From Antedon mediterranea (taxonomy: Eukaryota > Animalia > Echinodermata): DNA of 64,000 nt. Shown here piece by piece: positions 25,421 through 36,420 of this stretch. The stretch's first letter is position 1, and the number at the start of each line of letters is the position of its first letter. The stretch spans positions 11,084,795 through 11,148,794 of the forward strand of contig NC_092670.1 of the NCBI RefSeq assembly GCF_964355755.1. Direction: 5' to 3'. The notes under the pieces were generated by a model. That model worked only from the letters and a program-made list of their open reading frames with translations. It did not search any database and was not told the DNA's origin. Position numbers and translations under genes: made by a program.

Positions 25421-27337
25421 ACACTACAAAATAATACTATTACATTTTATCATGTGTTCCTCTTTTATCTATTTAATTTGTGGTAAAATTCCATTTCTTT
25501 AAATTCCTTTTGCATGCTACTATTCTATAGTGCCCTAAATTAAGCAACCTTGGGTACAGTAGGCTACATGTTTCAAATTCAGTCCCGGTCAATGTCCTTA
25601 TCATTTTATTTAAGCAGTTGTAATTTTAAAAAGTAATTTCATTATACACTTTAAATGTAATAAATAAAACATACAGTATGTGAGTAGTCCATAGACTATT
25701 TCTATTGCAAGTTACAAGGGTGTAAGAGTGCTAAAAGTAAGTATGTTAATTCTTTGTTAACTTTCTAAAGTTGATTGAATATACTAATCTGCAGTTCCTG
25801 TGTATCCACTGATTGTCAAAGTATAGTAAGAGTCCTCAGTACCAATATGGGATTGGGAATATTTTGCAAACTTTGTTACATCCAAGTGGTCCGTCATCTC
25901 TACTAAGAGCTCAAAACTGCCGTTAGATGTTATACGGTTGATCTGTTCATTACCAAGCCAGAACTCTGTGTTCAAGTTTCCAAAACCTTTTTTGTATTCT
26001 TTCCAATTACGGTAGAAATTAACTGATCCATCTTGTCTACTCTGTATCACCTGACATTGAAAATATAGTTATAATATTATATACTATACTGAAACAGTGA
26101 TGGCAAGCCATCAACTGGAGTAAATAAAAATGAATGAAATGAGAACCTGGCTAGTCACATTACGACTGAGGTATATCAGAGGATTTTACAATTTAACTAA
26201 AAAAATACCATTGTACAATAATTTGCTTCTTGGTTCTTATGACAGTTTCGGATCATTGGTATATTAGTATATTGGTATATTGGTATATTGGTATATTGGT
26301 TTATCTGTCAATCTGAACGTTTTCACAGCCTTGTAAAACCACCAGTGTTTTATGTCCCTGGCACTGTTTTAGTAATGAATTAGTAAGCTGTGGCAATGAT
26401 GTTGGATTTACTTATAATAATCTTTAAATAGACTGTTGCCTACTGTATACTTACCGTCCAACCTCCATCTTCCCTCATTTCACAGTACACAGTAAAATAT
26501 GATCCGCTATTGACTGGCTGCGGTATCACATATTCACCACTATCAACAGAAGGATTATATTGTAAAATTTCACTACAGTCCTTCACTCTCTCTAAAATTA
26601 AAAAAGTTTGATGTTTTTTTTGTCTTGTGTGAGTTCTTCTCACGTTTATTTAAATTCTCATTGATGAATATATTATATACATATAAGTACATTTGTGACA
26701 ATTAAAAGTAAGTGTTTAGAGTAGTTAAAATACCGGTATATTTACATAATAAGATGCCAGAATTCAGTATTAACCACACATTTTCTCATTTAAAATTGTA
26801 GATACGATGTTAATTAAAATGTAGAAATGAAAAATGGCGGTAAAATACATGATTACAATTTTCTTGTTAAACTATCTTTGTGTTCTTATTTGTGTTCGAG
26901 TAGAGAGGCTATAAACTCAGGCGAGGAAAATGTAGTATCCTCCCTTTTCACCAAGATAAGATGGATGGAATGAAAAAAAGATGAATGCAATAGGTTGAAA
27001 GTTAGTTATTTAGAATGATAGCATGAAATGGTATATTTAATGGAAACCGTAAGGTTAGAGTCCATAAACTGTGCAAGTCCAAGATGCAATTTTGGCTCTG
27101 TGTATGTGAGACGCTTCATACCCGATGTCATCTTAGTACAACTACTACTTACAATTTGTATTTACGGTATAACATATTGCAAATATATAAAAATATATAG
27201 AAGTATATATATTGAACAAAAACACATACCTATAGATTAAATTGACATGTATACGATATAAAATATTGCAAATATAGAAAAATATATATGTTAAACAAAT
27301 ACCAATACATACAGATTATATTGACATGCTACATGTA

Positions 27338-28696
27338 TAGACCGGCAGCCCAGAGACATTTGGTTAGATGAACTAGGTACCAATATCTGACTATTTGAGT
27401 GTGTTGGGGGTCACTTGAAGTCAATGAAAATGGGAGTCTGCCGGGTACCCCCTGCTGCGTCTAGACCGGGGGGACCCCGAAACGTGCTAAAAAATCGGCC
27501 CAGGTTAGATGAGAGAGATACCACCTAATTTTACCACCATGGGATGCCCATTGGCATCCTTATACCAGTATCACAAACGAAAGACTTTTTCTCTGCTGCA
27601 AAAGGCCCGCCAGACCCTCTGAAATGGGGTTAGCATAGATTAGTGAGGTACCACTCAAAATTAATTCCAAATTAACAAGTTGTGTTCATACAATACTAAA
27701 TGGATAACAACAGACTAATTGTCTGCTGCACCGCAAGTTCCAGACACCCTAAAATTAGACTAGAGGACCCCCTTCCCCCAACTAGCCCAGCTTAGATATT
27801 GTAGATACCACCAGCAACCAATGTTATATGATTTAGCACATTGTAAGCAATACCAAATGACCTATTACAGACTATCTGTACACTGCCCTGGCCCTGGTAG
27901 ACCCCTCTAAAGTTAGACTGGAGGACCCCTCTTTCCCCAACTAGCCCAGCTTAGATATTGTAGATACCACCAGCAACCAATGTTATATGATTTAGCACAT
28001 TGTAAGCAATCACCAAATGACCTATTACAGACTATCTGTACACTGCCCTGGCCCTGGCAGACCCCTCTAAAGTTCGACTAGAGACTCCATTCCCCCAACT
28101 GGCCTAGCTTAGATATTGTAGATACCACCAGCAACCAATGTTATATGATTTAGCACATTGTAAGAAATACCAAATGACCTTATTACAGATGTATTATTAT
28201 TATTATTATTATGTACACTGCCTTGGCCCTGGCAGACCCCTCTAAAGTTAGAGTAGAGACCCCATTTACCCCAAGTATATAGCCTACCTTAGATATTGTA
28301 GATACCACCAGCAGCAAAGAAAAAACCACCCAAAACAACATGTTTAATTTAATAAAGTTTAACTTTAATCGAACTAACACAAAACAATTGAAAATATATC
28401 ACATCAATGACGATAAAATGACCATTACCATTCTAAAGGGGAAAATAGTTTAAGAGTTTCAATTAAAACTTATATATTATAAGCCAAATATATATAACAA
28501 GTATGGATTCGGGTAAATTTAGCATTCCTTGCCTTTGGAAGTCAAAGATACATCCGTTTGTAACTCTTGGACATATTTTAAGAGAAAGCTTAGTAATCAC
28601 CCTAATCAAATTCAGGATTGTAGTAACTTAATCTAAAGTGATTTGATTAATTAATAGTGGGTAATTTTAAATGCTGTATATTATAATCTTAATCCT
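27338..28696 (+). repeat. Left arm of a large inverted repeat (with ~130-bp tandem subrepeats and a LINE 3' fragment)
   Basis: Reverse complement of 34197-35246; about four ~130-bp subrepeats at 27750-28310. Confidence 0.9.
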
Positions 28697-28789
28697 GTAT
28701 TCATATTTAAGGACTAGTGCTGTTCCGCCGTACCACGCCGAGAATGTTAAAAACTCACTATCCAATCGAGTTCGAACAATACCATGAAA

Positions 28790-28861
28790 GCCCCAGTGGT
28801 CTAATGGTTAGGACATCTGCATATCAAGCAGGCGGTCCGAGTTCGAGTCTCGGTTGGGGCG
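28790..28861 (+). tRNA. tRNA-like gene, anticodon ATC (nominal Asp), repeat-borne
   Basis: Cloverleaf: GCCCCAG/TTGGGGC, GTCT/GGAC, TCTGC-ATATCAA-GCAGG, CCGAG-TTCGAGT-CTCGG; T5 terminator at 28864-28868. Confidence 0.65.
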
Positions 28862-29153
28862 ACTTTTTCTCATTCTCACAGATTTCCTCATCTTTATCGT
28901 TTCAAATTAATTAATTAAATTTCAGTATATCACCGGGCGGTTTAGAATTAATGTTCTGTGCCTGATTTGTTTATATATATAAAAGTATCTCTTCTGAGAT
29001 CCCGCCTCGTGAATAAAAATACTGTAAGATGAGGGCGTATCAATTTGATCTCTGGTGCGCGTGCGTACAACTGAGGACTAGTGCTGTTCCGCCGTACCAC
29101 GCCGAGAATGTTAAAGAGTCGCTATCCAATCGAGTTCGAACAATACCATGAAA

Positions 29154-29225
29154 GCCCCAGTGGACTAATGGTTAGGACATCTGCATATCAAGCAGGCGGT
29201 CCGAGTTCGAGTCTCGGTTGGGGCG
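29154..29225 (+). tRNA. tRNA-like gene copy 2 (ATC; D-stem variant GACT)
   Basis: Same cloverleaf with one D-stem mismatch. Confidence 0.55.
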
Positions 29226-29517
29226 ACTTTTTCTCATTCTCACAGATTTCCTCATCTTTATCGTTTCAAATTAATTAATTAAATTTCAGTATATCACCGG
29301 ACGGTTTAGAATTAATGTTCTGTGCCTGATTTGTTTATATATATACAAGTATCTCTTCTGAGATCCCGCCTCGTGAATAAAAATACTGTAAGATGAGGGC
29401 GTATCAATTTGATCTCTGGTGCGCGTGCGTACAACTGAGGACTAGTGCTGTTCCGCCGTACCACGCCGAGAATGTTAAAAACTCACTATCCAATCGAGTT
29501 CGAACAATACCATGAAA

Positions 29518-29575
29518 GCCCCAGTGGTCTCTGCATATCAAGCAGGCGGTCCGAGTTCGAGTCTCGGTTGGGGCG
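29518..29575 (+). pseudogene. tRNA-like copy 3 with 14-nt D-arm deletion
   Basis: GTGGTCT-CTGCATATC junction removes the D-loop/A-box. Confidence 0.6.
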
Positions 29576-29861
29576 ACTTTTTCTCATTCTCACAGATTTC
29601 CTCATCTTTATCGTTTCAAATTAATTAATTAAATTTCAGTATATCACCGGGCGGTTTAGAATTAATGTTCTGTGCCTGATTTGTTTATATATATAAAAGT
29701 ATCTCTTCTGAGATCCCGCCTCGTGAATAAAAATACTGTAAGATGAGGGCGTATAAATTTGATCTCTGGTGCGTACAACTGAGGACTAGTGCTGTTCCGC
29801 CGTACCACGCCGAGAATGTTAAAGAGTCGCTATCCAATCGAGTTCGAACAATACCATGAAA

Positions 29862-29933
29862 GCCCCAGTGGTCTAATGGTTAGGACATCTGCATATCAAG
29901 CAGGCGGTCCGAGTTCGAGTCTCGGTTGGGGCG
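29862..29933 (+). tRNA. tRNA-like gene copy 4 (ATC)
   Basis: Identical to copy 1. Confidence 0.62.
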
Positions 29934-30225
29934 ACTTTTTCTCATTCTCACAGATTTCCTCATCTTTATCGTTTCAAATTAATTAATTAAATTTCAGTAT
30001 ATCACCGGGCGGTTTAGAATTAATGTTCTGTGCCTGATTTGTTTATATATATAAAAGTATCTCTTCTGAGATCCCGCCTCGTGAATAAAAATACTGTAAG
30101 ATGAGGGCGTATCAATTTGATCTCTGGTGCGCGTGCGTACAACTGAGGACTAGTGCTGTTCCGCCGTACCACGCCGAGAATGTTAAAGAGTCGCTATCCA
30201 ATCGAGTTCGAACAATACCATGAAA

Positions 30226-30297
30226 GCCCCAGTGGACTAATGGTTAGGACATCTGCATATCAAGCAGGCGGTCCGAGTTCGAGTCTCGGTTGGGGCG
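30226..30297 (+). tRNA. tRNA-like gene copy 5 (ATC; D-stem variant)
   Basis: Identical to copy 2. Confidence 0.55.
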
Positions 30298-30589
30298 ACT
30301 TTTTCTCATTCTCACAGATTTCCTCATCTTTATCGTTTCAAATTAATTAATTAAATTTCAGTATATCACCGGACGGTTTAGAATTAATGTTCTGTGCCTG
30401 ATTTGTTTATATATATACAAGTATCTCTTCTGAGATCCCGCCTCGTGAATAAAAATACTGTAAGATGAGGGCGTATCAATTTGATATCTGGTGCGCGTGC
30501 GTACAACTGAGGACTAGTGCTGTTCCGCCGTACCACGCCGAGAATGTTAAAAACTCACTATCCAATCGAGTTCGAACAATACCATGAAA

Positions 30590-30647
30590 GCCCCAGTGGT
30601 CTCTGCATATCAAGCAGGCGGTCCGAGTTCGAGTCTCGGTTGGGGCG
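30590..30647 (+). pseudogene. tRNA-like copy 6 with 14-nt D-arm deletion
   Basis: Same deletion as copy 3. Confidence 0.6.
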
Positions 30648-30933
30648 ACTTTTTCTCATTCTCACAGATTTCCTCATCTTTATCGTTTCAAATTAATTAA
30701 TTAAATTTCAGTATATCACCGGGCGGTTTAGAATTAATGTTCTGTGCCTGATTTGTTTATATATATAAAAGTATCTCTTCTGAGATCCCGCCTCGTGAAT
30801 AAAAATACTGTAAGATGAGGGCGTATAAATTTGATCTCTGGTGCGTACAACTGAGGACTAGTGCTGTTCCGCCGTACCACGCCGAGAATGTTAAAGAGTC
30901 GCTATCCAATCGAGTTCGAACAATACCATGAAA

Positions 30934-31005
30934 GCCCCAGTGGTCTAATGGTTAGGACATCTGCATATCAAGCAGGCGGTCCGAGTTCGAGTCTCGGTTG
31001 GGGCG
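30934..31005 (+). tRNA. tRNA-like gene copy 7 (ATC)
   Basis: Identical to copy 1. Confidence 0.62.
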
Positions 31006-31297
31006 ACTTTTTCTCATTCTCACAGATTTCCTCATCTTTATCGTTTCAAATTAATTAATTAAATTTCAGTATATCACCGGGCGGTTTAGAATTAATGTTC
31101 TGTGCCTGATTTGTTTATATATATAAAAGTATCTCTTCTGAGATCCCGCCTCGTGAATAAAAATACTGTAAGATGAGGGCGTATCAATTTGATCTCTGGT
31201 GCGCGTGCGTACAACTGAGGACTAGTGCTGTTCCGCCGTACCACGCCGAGAATGTTAAAGAGTCGCTATCCAATCGAGTTCGAACAATACCATGAAA

Positions 31298-31369
31298 GCC
31301 CCAGTGGTCTAATGGTTAGGACATCTGCATATCAAGCAGGCGGTCCGAGTTCGAGTCTCGGTTGGGGCG
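31298..31369 (+). tRNA. tRNA-like gene copy 8 (ATC)
   Basis: Identical to copy 1. Confidence 0.62.
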
Positions 31370-31630
31370 ACTTTTTCTCATTCTCACAGATTTCCTCATC
31401 TTTATCGTTTCAAATTAATTAATTAAATTTCAGTATATCACCGGGCGGTTTAGAATTAATGTTCTGTGCCTGATTTGTTTATATATATATATATATATAT
31501 TTATAAATCCAAAGGCAAATTACTGAAAAAATGACAATGCTGTGGGTATCAGTGGCTGGATCTCAATGGAGATACAAACAAAAAGCGAAAAGCTAAATCA
31601 AAACGATAAAGTAAACAGCCAGAAAAGTTA

Positions 31631-31664
31631 GCAGTTTCGGGCAACACTAGCCCTTCATCAGTGC
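31631..31664 (-). ncRNA. Minimal type I hammerhead ribozyme motif in the pseudo-LTR (degenerate)
   Basis: GCA-CTGATGA-AGGGC-TAGTGTT-GCCC-GAAA-C-TGC; lacks part of stem III/cleavage triplet relative to the other copy. Confidence 0.6.
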
Positions 31665-31754
31665 AAGTCTGATATAGATGCGTTGAGGCTGCAAACGTGC
31701 TCAATTGGAATCAAGAGCGAATATATATTTTTATAAAGTAGATGGAACACGGAC

Positions 31755-31797
31755 GTCTATTACACGGTGTTTCGCGTTAAACGATCTTCAGATAGAC
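31755..31797 (-). ncRNA. Type I hammerhead ribozyme motif
   Basis: GTCTAT-CTGAAGA-TCG-TTTAA-CGC-GAAAC-ACCGT-GTA-ATAGAC: 6-bp stem I, conserved core, GUA cleavage triplet. Confidence 0.7.
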
Positions 31798-32098
31798 TGA
31801 ACAATACCGTATCTCGATCGAAAAAAATATATAAAAAAAAAAATTATAAATATATATCATTTTTTTTTTTATGTACTTTATTTATGTAGATATGTAGTAC
31901 TGTATCTATTAAAAAAGGTATTTGAACAAAATTAGAGATCTCAATGAGATCCAAATTGACAATCGCCGCAAAATCCTCACTGAGTTTGACGTTGAAATTC
32001 ACTCTAGAACTAAGAAGTTGAAAAAAGAACTTCCTGTATCCTAGTTTCAAAACAAACTCAGGATTATCGCCAATGACTGCCGTAAACAATCAACGGTA

Positions 32099-33618
32099 AT
32101 GGCCCGAAGGGAACATCACAAATTTGGTCTACCTGCAGACTTGGTCATTTCAACACAAATGACTCTACCTTCGGATGACTTCAGGGCTTTTAGGAAACCC
32201 TGCAGAAGGTTCGTTGGGACATATAACAAGAATCAGAGCAACACCTCTGATTCAGTTGTTGAAATTAATTGTCGACTTTCCGAAGGAGAGAAAAAACTTC
32301 TTTCCCGAGGACTTAAATTCTGCCCAAAACCAAGGCAGGTCGGCGCACAACAACTATCTTTGGATATAGAGTCTTTTTCTAGAAGATTACGATTACGTGA
32401 ATATTTTGCTGATTCAGACAGCAGCACCACGCAAAACGAAGGCAACGTTAACAAATTTAAACCAACAAGTTCCTGGAATCCACCTAAAAATTGTTGTCCA
32501 GCTTTAGAAACATTTATCCAGGCTATTGAGGAGGATGTACAAAACTATGTCCCGAGTCCAGATAAACGTGACAATCTCTCAAAACAAGAGAGGCAGGCCA
32601 TTGCCAAATTGCGTCAGCGTAATGACATCATCATTAAACCCGCTGATAAAGGTTCTGCCACTGTTGCTATGGACATCAAATTTTTATTAAGAGGAATCTT
32701 TAAGACAGCTTCATTATATATTGTAAACTCACAACGGAACCCACCCCGGAAATTGCGGATAAGGTGGCAAAATCTGTTTCTGTGATGGTAAAAAAAAAAC
32801 ACTCCATCGATCCTAAGATTTACAGTTACCAAATCCACTAGTAGCGTTGATTTTGTGGACACTATAGTGACCATAGAAAATGGTACTCTCAAAACTGACC
32901 TATTCCGTAAACCCACTGATAAAAATATGTACCTGCTCCCTAGCAGTTGTCATCCCCAACACTGTACTAAAAACATACCGAACAGTAAAGCATTACCTAT
33001 CAGAAGTATCTGTTCTTCAGATTTTGATTTTCAGAATCGTGCCGAAGAACTAACCGGACATCTCCGGAATAGAAATTACAAATCTATCACCCTAGGTTGC
33101 CTCCATTACGGGGCTATTAATTTATTGAGAAACATATGCCCATTCTACAGTCTGGAACCACCCATTATCGCATTTCGTAGACCTCCCAACCTTCGTGATA
33201 TATTAGTCAGATCCAAATGTAAGAGTGAAATTAACTCTCATGACAGTCAAAATTTGGGCAGTCACCTTTGCGGCAAATCTTGCAAAACTTGTTCATTGGT
33301 TGATTCTACTGACAAATTTAAGAGTAACCAAACTGGCCGCATTTTTTGGATAAGACAATCAATTAATTGTCTAACCAAAAACGTCATTTATCTCATATAC
33401 TGTAATATTTGTGGCAAACAGTACGTCGGAGAAACAAAAACACTCTCCGTATGAGAATGACACAACACAGATCAGCTATCAACACATTAAAGCTTGTTCA
33501 ACCTGTAGCCGAACATTTTAATTCAGCTGGTCACTCGATAACAAATTTCAGAGTTATTGCAATATTCCATGTGTCAATGGAGCGACAAAACTCGCAAAGA
33601 CAAAAAAAATCACTGTGA
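32099..33618 (+). pseudogene. Penelope RT-GIY-YIG ORF, fragmented (RT catalytic core not seen)
   Basis: ORFs 32099-32785, 32855-33454, 33409-33618; no GxxMG or YxDD found between PADKG and the DTIV region. Confidence 0.85.
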
Positions 33619-33739
33619 ATTATAACTTAAAACCACAAAACCTTTTGTACTTAACATTAGAAACATACTCCCAGGCTGCTAAAATTATTCCATTGTCTAC
33701 CAAAATTTAAGTTTCAATATTAACCACCATTTAAGCTGT

Positions 33740-33859
33740 TTTTAGTCGAGTGGACGCGACTCTATAGTTCACTATGTCGGTCGGTCGGTCTGTCAGTCTG
33801 TCTGTCGGTCCGGTATCACTATGCGTTTTAGCACGCGACTTATGGCTGTTGGCCTTGTT
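33740..33859 (+). mobile_element. Short Helentron/HINE-like element inside the Penelope 3' region
   Basis: TTTTAGTCGAGTG..(GTCG/GTCT)n..CACGCGACT..GGCCTTGTT; inverted copy at 15110-15203. Confidence 0.55.
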
Positions 33860-34010
33860 CAGTTTCAATCCAAAATTTTTTATACTGTATCTCTACCAAG
33901 CTACCTTCTTTGTTTTCTACTCTTATTCAGACTCCACGCTGTCTCCTTTTGTTGTATTTCTTTTATTCCTGTCCACCCAGGCAGCACTTGCCAGCTCTTA
34001 TCCTTCACTT

Positions 34011-34047
34011 GCAATGATGAAGGGCTAGTGTTGCCCGAAAGCTCTGC
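34011..34047 (+). ncRNA. Minimal type I hammerhead ribozyme motif in the 3' pseudo-LTR (core C to A change)
   Basis: GCA-ATGATGA-AGGGC-TAGTGTT-GCCC-GAAA-GC-TC-TGC. Confidence 0.6.
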
Positions 34048-34196
34048 TAACGTTTCTGGCTGTTTTACTTTATCTTTTTGATTTAGCTTTTCACTTTTTT
34101 TTGGTATCTCCATTGAGATTCAGCCACTGATACCCACAGCATTGTCATTTTTTTTCAGTTATTTGCCTTTGGATTTATATATATAAATATATATAG

Positions 34197-35246
34197 AGGA
34201 TTAAGATTATAATATACAGCATTTAAAATTACCAACTATTAATTAATCAAATCACTTTTGATTATGTTACTACAATCCTGAATTTGATTAACGTGATTAC
34301 TAAGCTTTCTCTTAAAATAGGTTGCAAGATTTACAGACGAATGTATCTTTGACATTCAAAGGCAAGGAATTCCAGATCCTCACAATTCTAGCAGGAATGC
34401 TAAATTTACTCGAATCCGTACTTGTTTATATTTGGCTTATATAAGTTTGAAGTGAAACTCTTAAACTATTTTTCCCTTTAAAATGGTAATGGTCATTTTA
34501 TCGTCATTGATGTGATATATTTTGTTTTGTGTTAGTTCGATTAAAGTTAAACTTTATTCAATTAAACATGTTGTTTTAGGTGGTTTTTTTTTTTGCTGCT
34601 GGTGGTATCTACAATATCTAAGCTAGGCCATACTTGGGGTAAATGGGGTCTTTAGTCGAACTTTAGAGGGGTCTGCCAGGGCCAAGGCAGTGTACATATA
34701 GTCTGTAATAGGTCATTTGGTATTGCTTACAAGGTGCTAAATCATATAACATTGGTTGCTGGTGGTATCTACAATATCTAAGCTGGGCTAGTTGGGGGAA
34801 GGGGGCCTCTAGTCTGACTTTAGGGTGTCTGGCACTTGCGGTGCAGCAGACAATTAGTCTGTTGTTATCCATTTAGTATTGTATGAACACAACTTGTTCA
34901 TTTGGCATTAATTTTGAGTGGTACCTCACTCATCTATGCTAACCCCATTTTAGGTCCTCCCTCGGGGGGTCTGGCGGGCCTTTTGCAGCAGAGAAAAAGT
35001 CTGTCGTTTGTAATACTGGTATAAGGATGCCAATTGGCATCCCATGGTGGTAAAATTAGGTGGTATCTCTCTCATCTAACCTGGGCCGATTTTTTAGCAC
35101 GTTTCAGGGTCCCCCCGGTCTAGACGCAGCAGGGGGTACCCGGCAGACTCCTATTTTCATTGACTTCAAGTGACTCCCAACACACTTAAATAGTCAGATA
35201 TTGGTACCTAGCTCATCTAACCAAATGTTTCTGGGCTGCCGGTCTA
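34197..35246 (-). repeat. Right arm of the large inverted repeat
   Basis: Reverse complement of 27338-28696 with fewer subrepeats; inner part translates ..KFSIPARIVRIWNSLP.. (LINE C-terminus-like). Confidence 0.9.
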
Positions 35247-35363
35247 GTATTTGAACTATTGTCATCTTAAAAAGGTATATATGATGCCTATAAACAGATT
35301 TTACGTTGATATACAGGATTTGTGTCCATTATGATAAGGTAAGAAAAGGAATCAATAAAATAA

Positions 35364-36420
35364 TTAAATTATTAACATCAAGTCTTTTGATAGTTTTAAT
35401 AGTTTATCTTTTAACTTATTCGTCCATTTCTTCTGAGCCTTATGTAAATTATGCATAAATTCATTTGTTAATAAATGCTTTAATTCATAGTAAAATAATC
35501 TCCTAATTTTTTCTGATTCCTGATTTTGTTTCTTTTCTTTTCTTATTACTAAACACGATTTATAAATGCAAAAAGTAAATATTGAAATAAGTTCAGTTAC
35601 AGTTTTCGTTTCCGATCCTTTAACAATATTACGCCAGGTTATATCAATCTTTTGTACAAAACAGTTTGAGATCAAAAACTTAAATACAATCCATATGGGT
35701 CTAATCTTATTACATGAAAATAACAAATGTTTTTCATTTTCAATTTCACTATTACATCTTTTACATATGTCATTTATAGAAAGTTTCCAAATGTTTAACT
35801 TACTTTTACACGCAAGAATACGATGTAGTAGTTTGAAATTGTATTGCGCGACTTTTGTGATATGTTTCATAGAAAACACCTTGTTATACCATACGGTATC
35901 CCATGCAAAAGTGTAATTTTGAAATTCTATCTCCCATTTTTCTTGTGCTATAGGAGTTCATATTATATTTTCTACAAATAAATTATAAAATAGTTTTGCA
36001 TTAAGTTGTTTTGTATGAAGCCAAAAGCAATCGGTGTTTGTTTGATTATTTACATGTTCACCATTCAAAATAATTTCTTTCCATGATTGTGGTATGGCAT
36101 TCATTAGCCCTATATATTCAATTAATCCATTTTGTTTCTGTGATAGTAATGGTAACACTTCATTCATTGGTAATAATATATTCTCCTTAATTATGTCATT
36201 CATTGTTCTAAAGCCTGCATCAAGCCAAACTTTGAAATTGATTGACTTTCCATTTAACTGTATACATTTATTTTCCCACAATTGTTGGTTTTTAACGTCT
36301 TCAATGTTTTGTGGGTCAGACCAGTTAAAGTTGTTAATATTAACTATAGCAATTAGCATTTCTCTATAGAAAACAGGCAATAGTTTTAGATCAGAATGAT
36401 CTTCATTGTTAATTTGAGTG
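35364..36420 (-). mobile_element. L1/Tx1-like LINE 3' fragment (zinc-finger C-terminal region of ORF2)
   Basis: PVFYREML..LWENKCI; FKLLHRIL..CKRC..ENEKHLLFSC..IW. Confidence 0.8.

Larger units (their letters stand above)
28710..31480 (+). repeat. Tandem array of 364/344-bp units, each with a tRNA-like gene (8 units, first 5'-truncated)
   Basis: Equivalent positions at 28717, 29081, 29445, 29789, 30153, 30517, 30861, 31225; array ends in (AT)n at 31481-31500. Confidence 0.97.
31502..34178 (+). mobile_element. Penelope-like retroelement (Neptune-type), internally deleted, with inverted pseudo-LTR at its 5' side
   Basis: LLSRGLKFCP, IIKPADKGS, TDLFRKPTD..SCHP, CGKSCKTC and GIY-YIG (NVIYLIYCNICGKQYVGET); 31502-31668 is the reverse complement of 34007-34178; both ends abut (TA)n. 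Confidence 0.9.

Noticed and set aside
28717-31422. Six near-identical 65-aa ORFs (MLFRRTTPRMLK...)
   Set aside because: GTG-started by-products of the tandem repeat overlapping the tRNA-like gene; broken in units 3 and 6; no protein motif
28710-31480. CRISPR-like array, or a ribozyme within the 364-bp unit (CTGAGGA; CCACGCCG)
   Set aside because: No unique spacers and a eukaryotic context; CTGAGGA lacks a stem II-GAAA partner and I could not build HDV-like pairings
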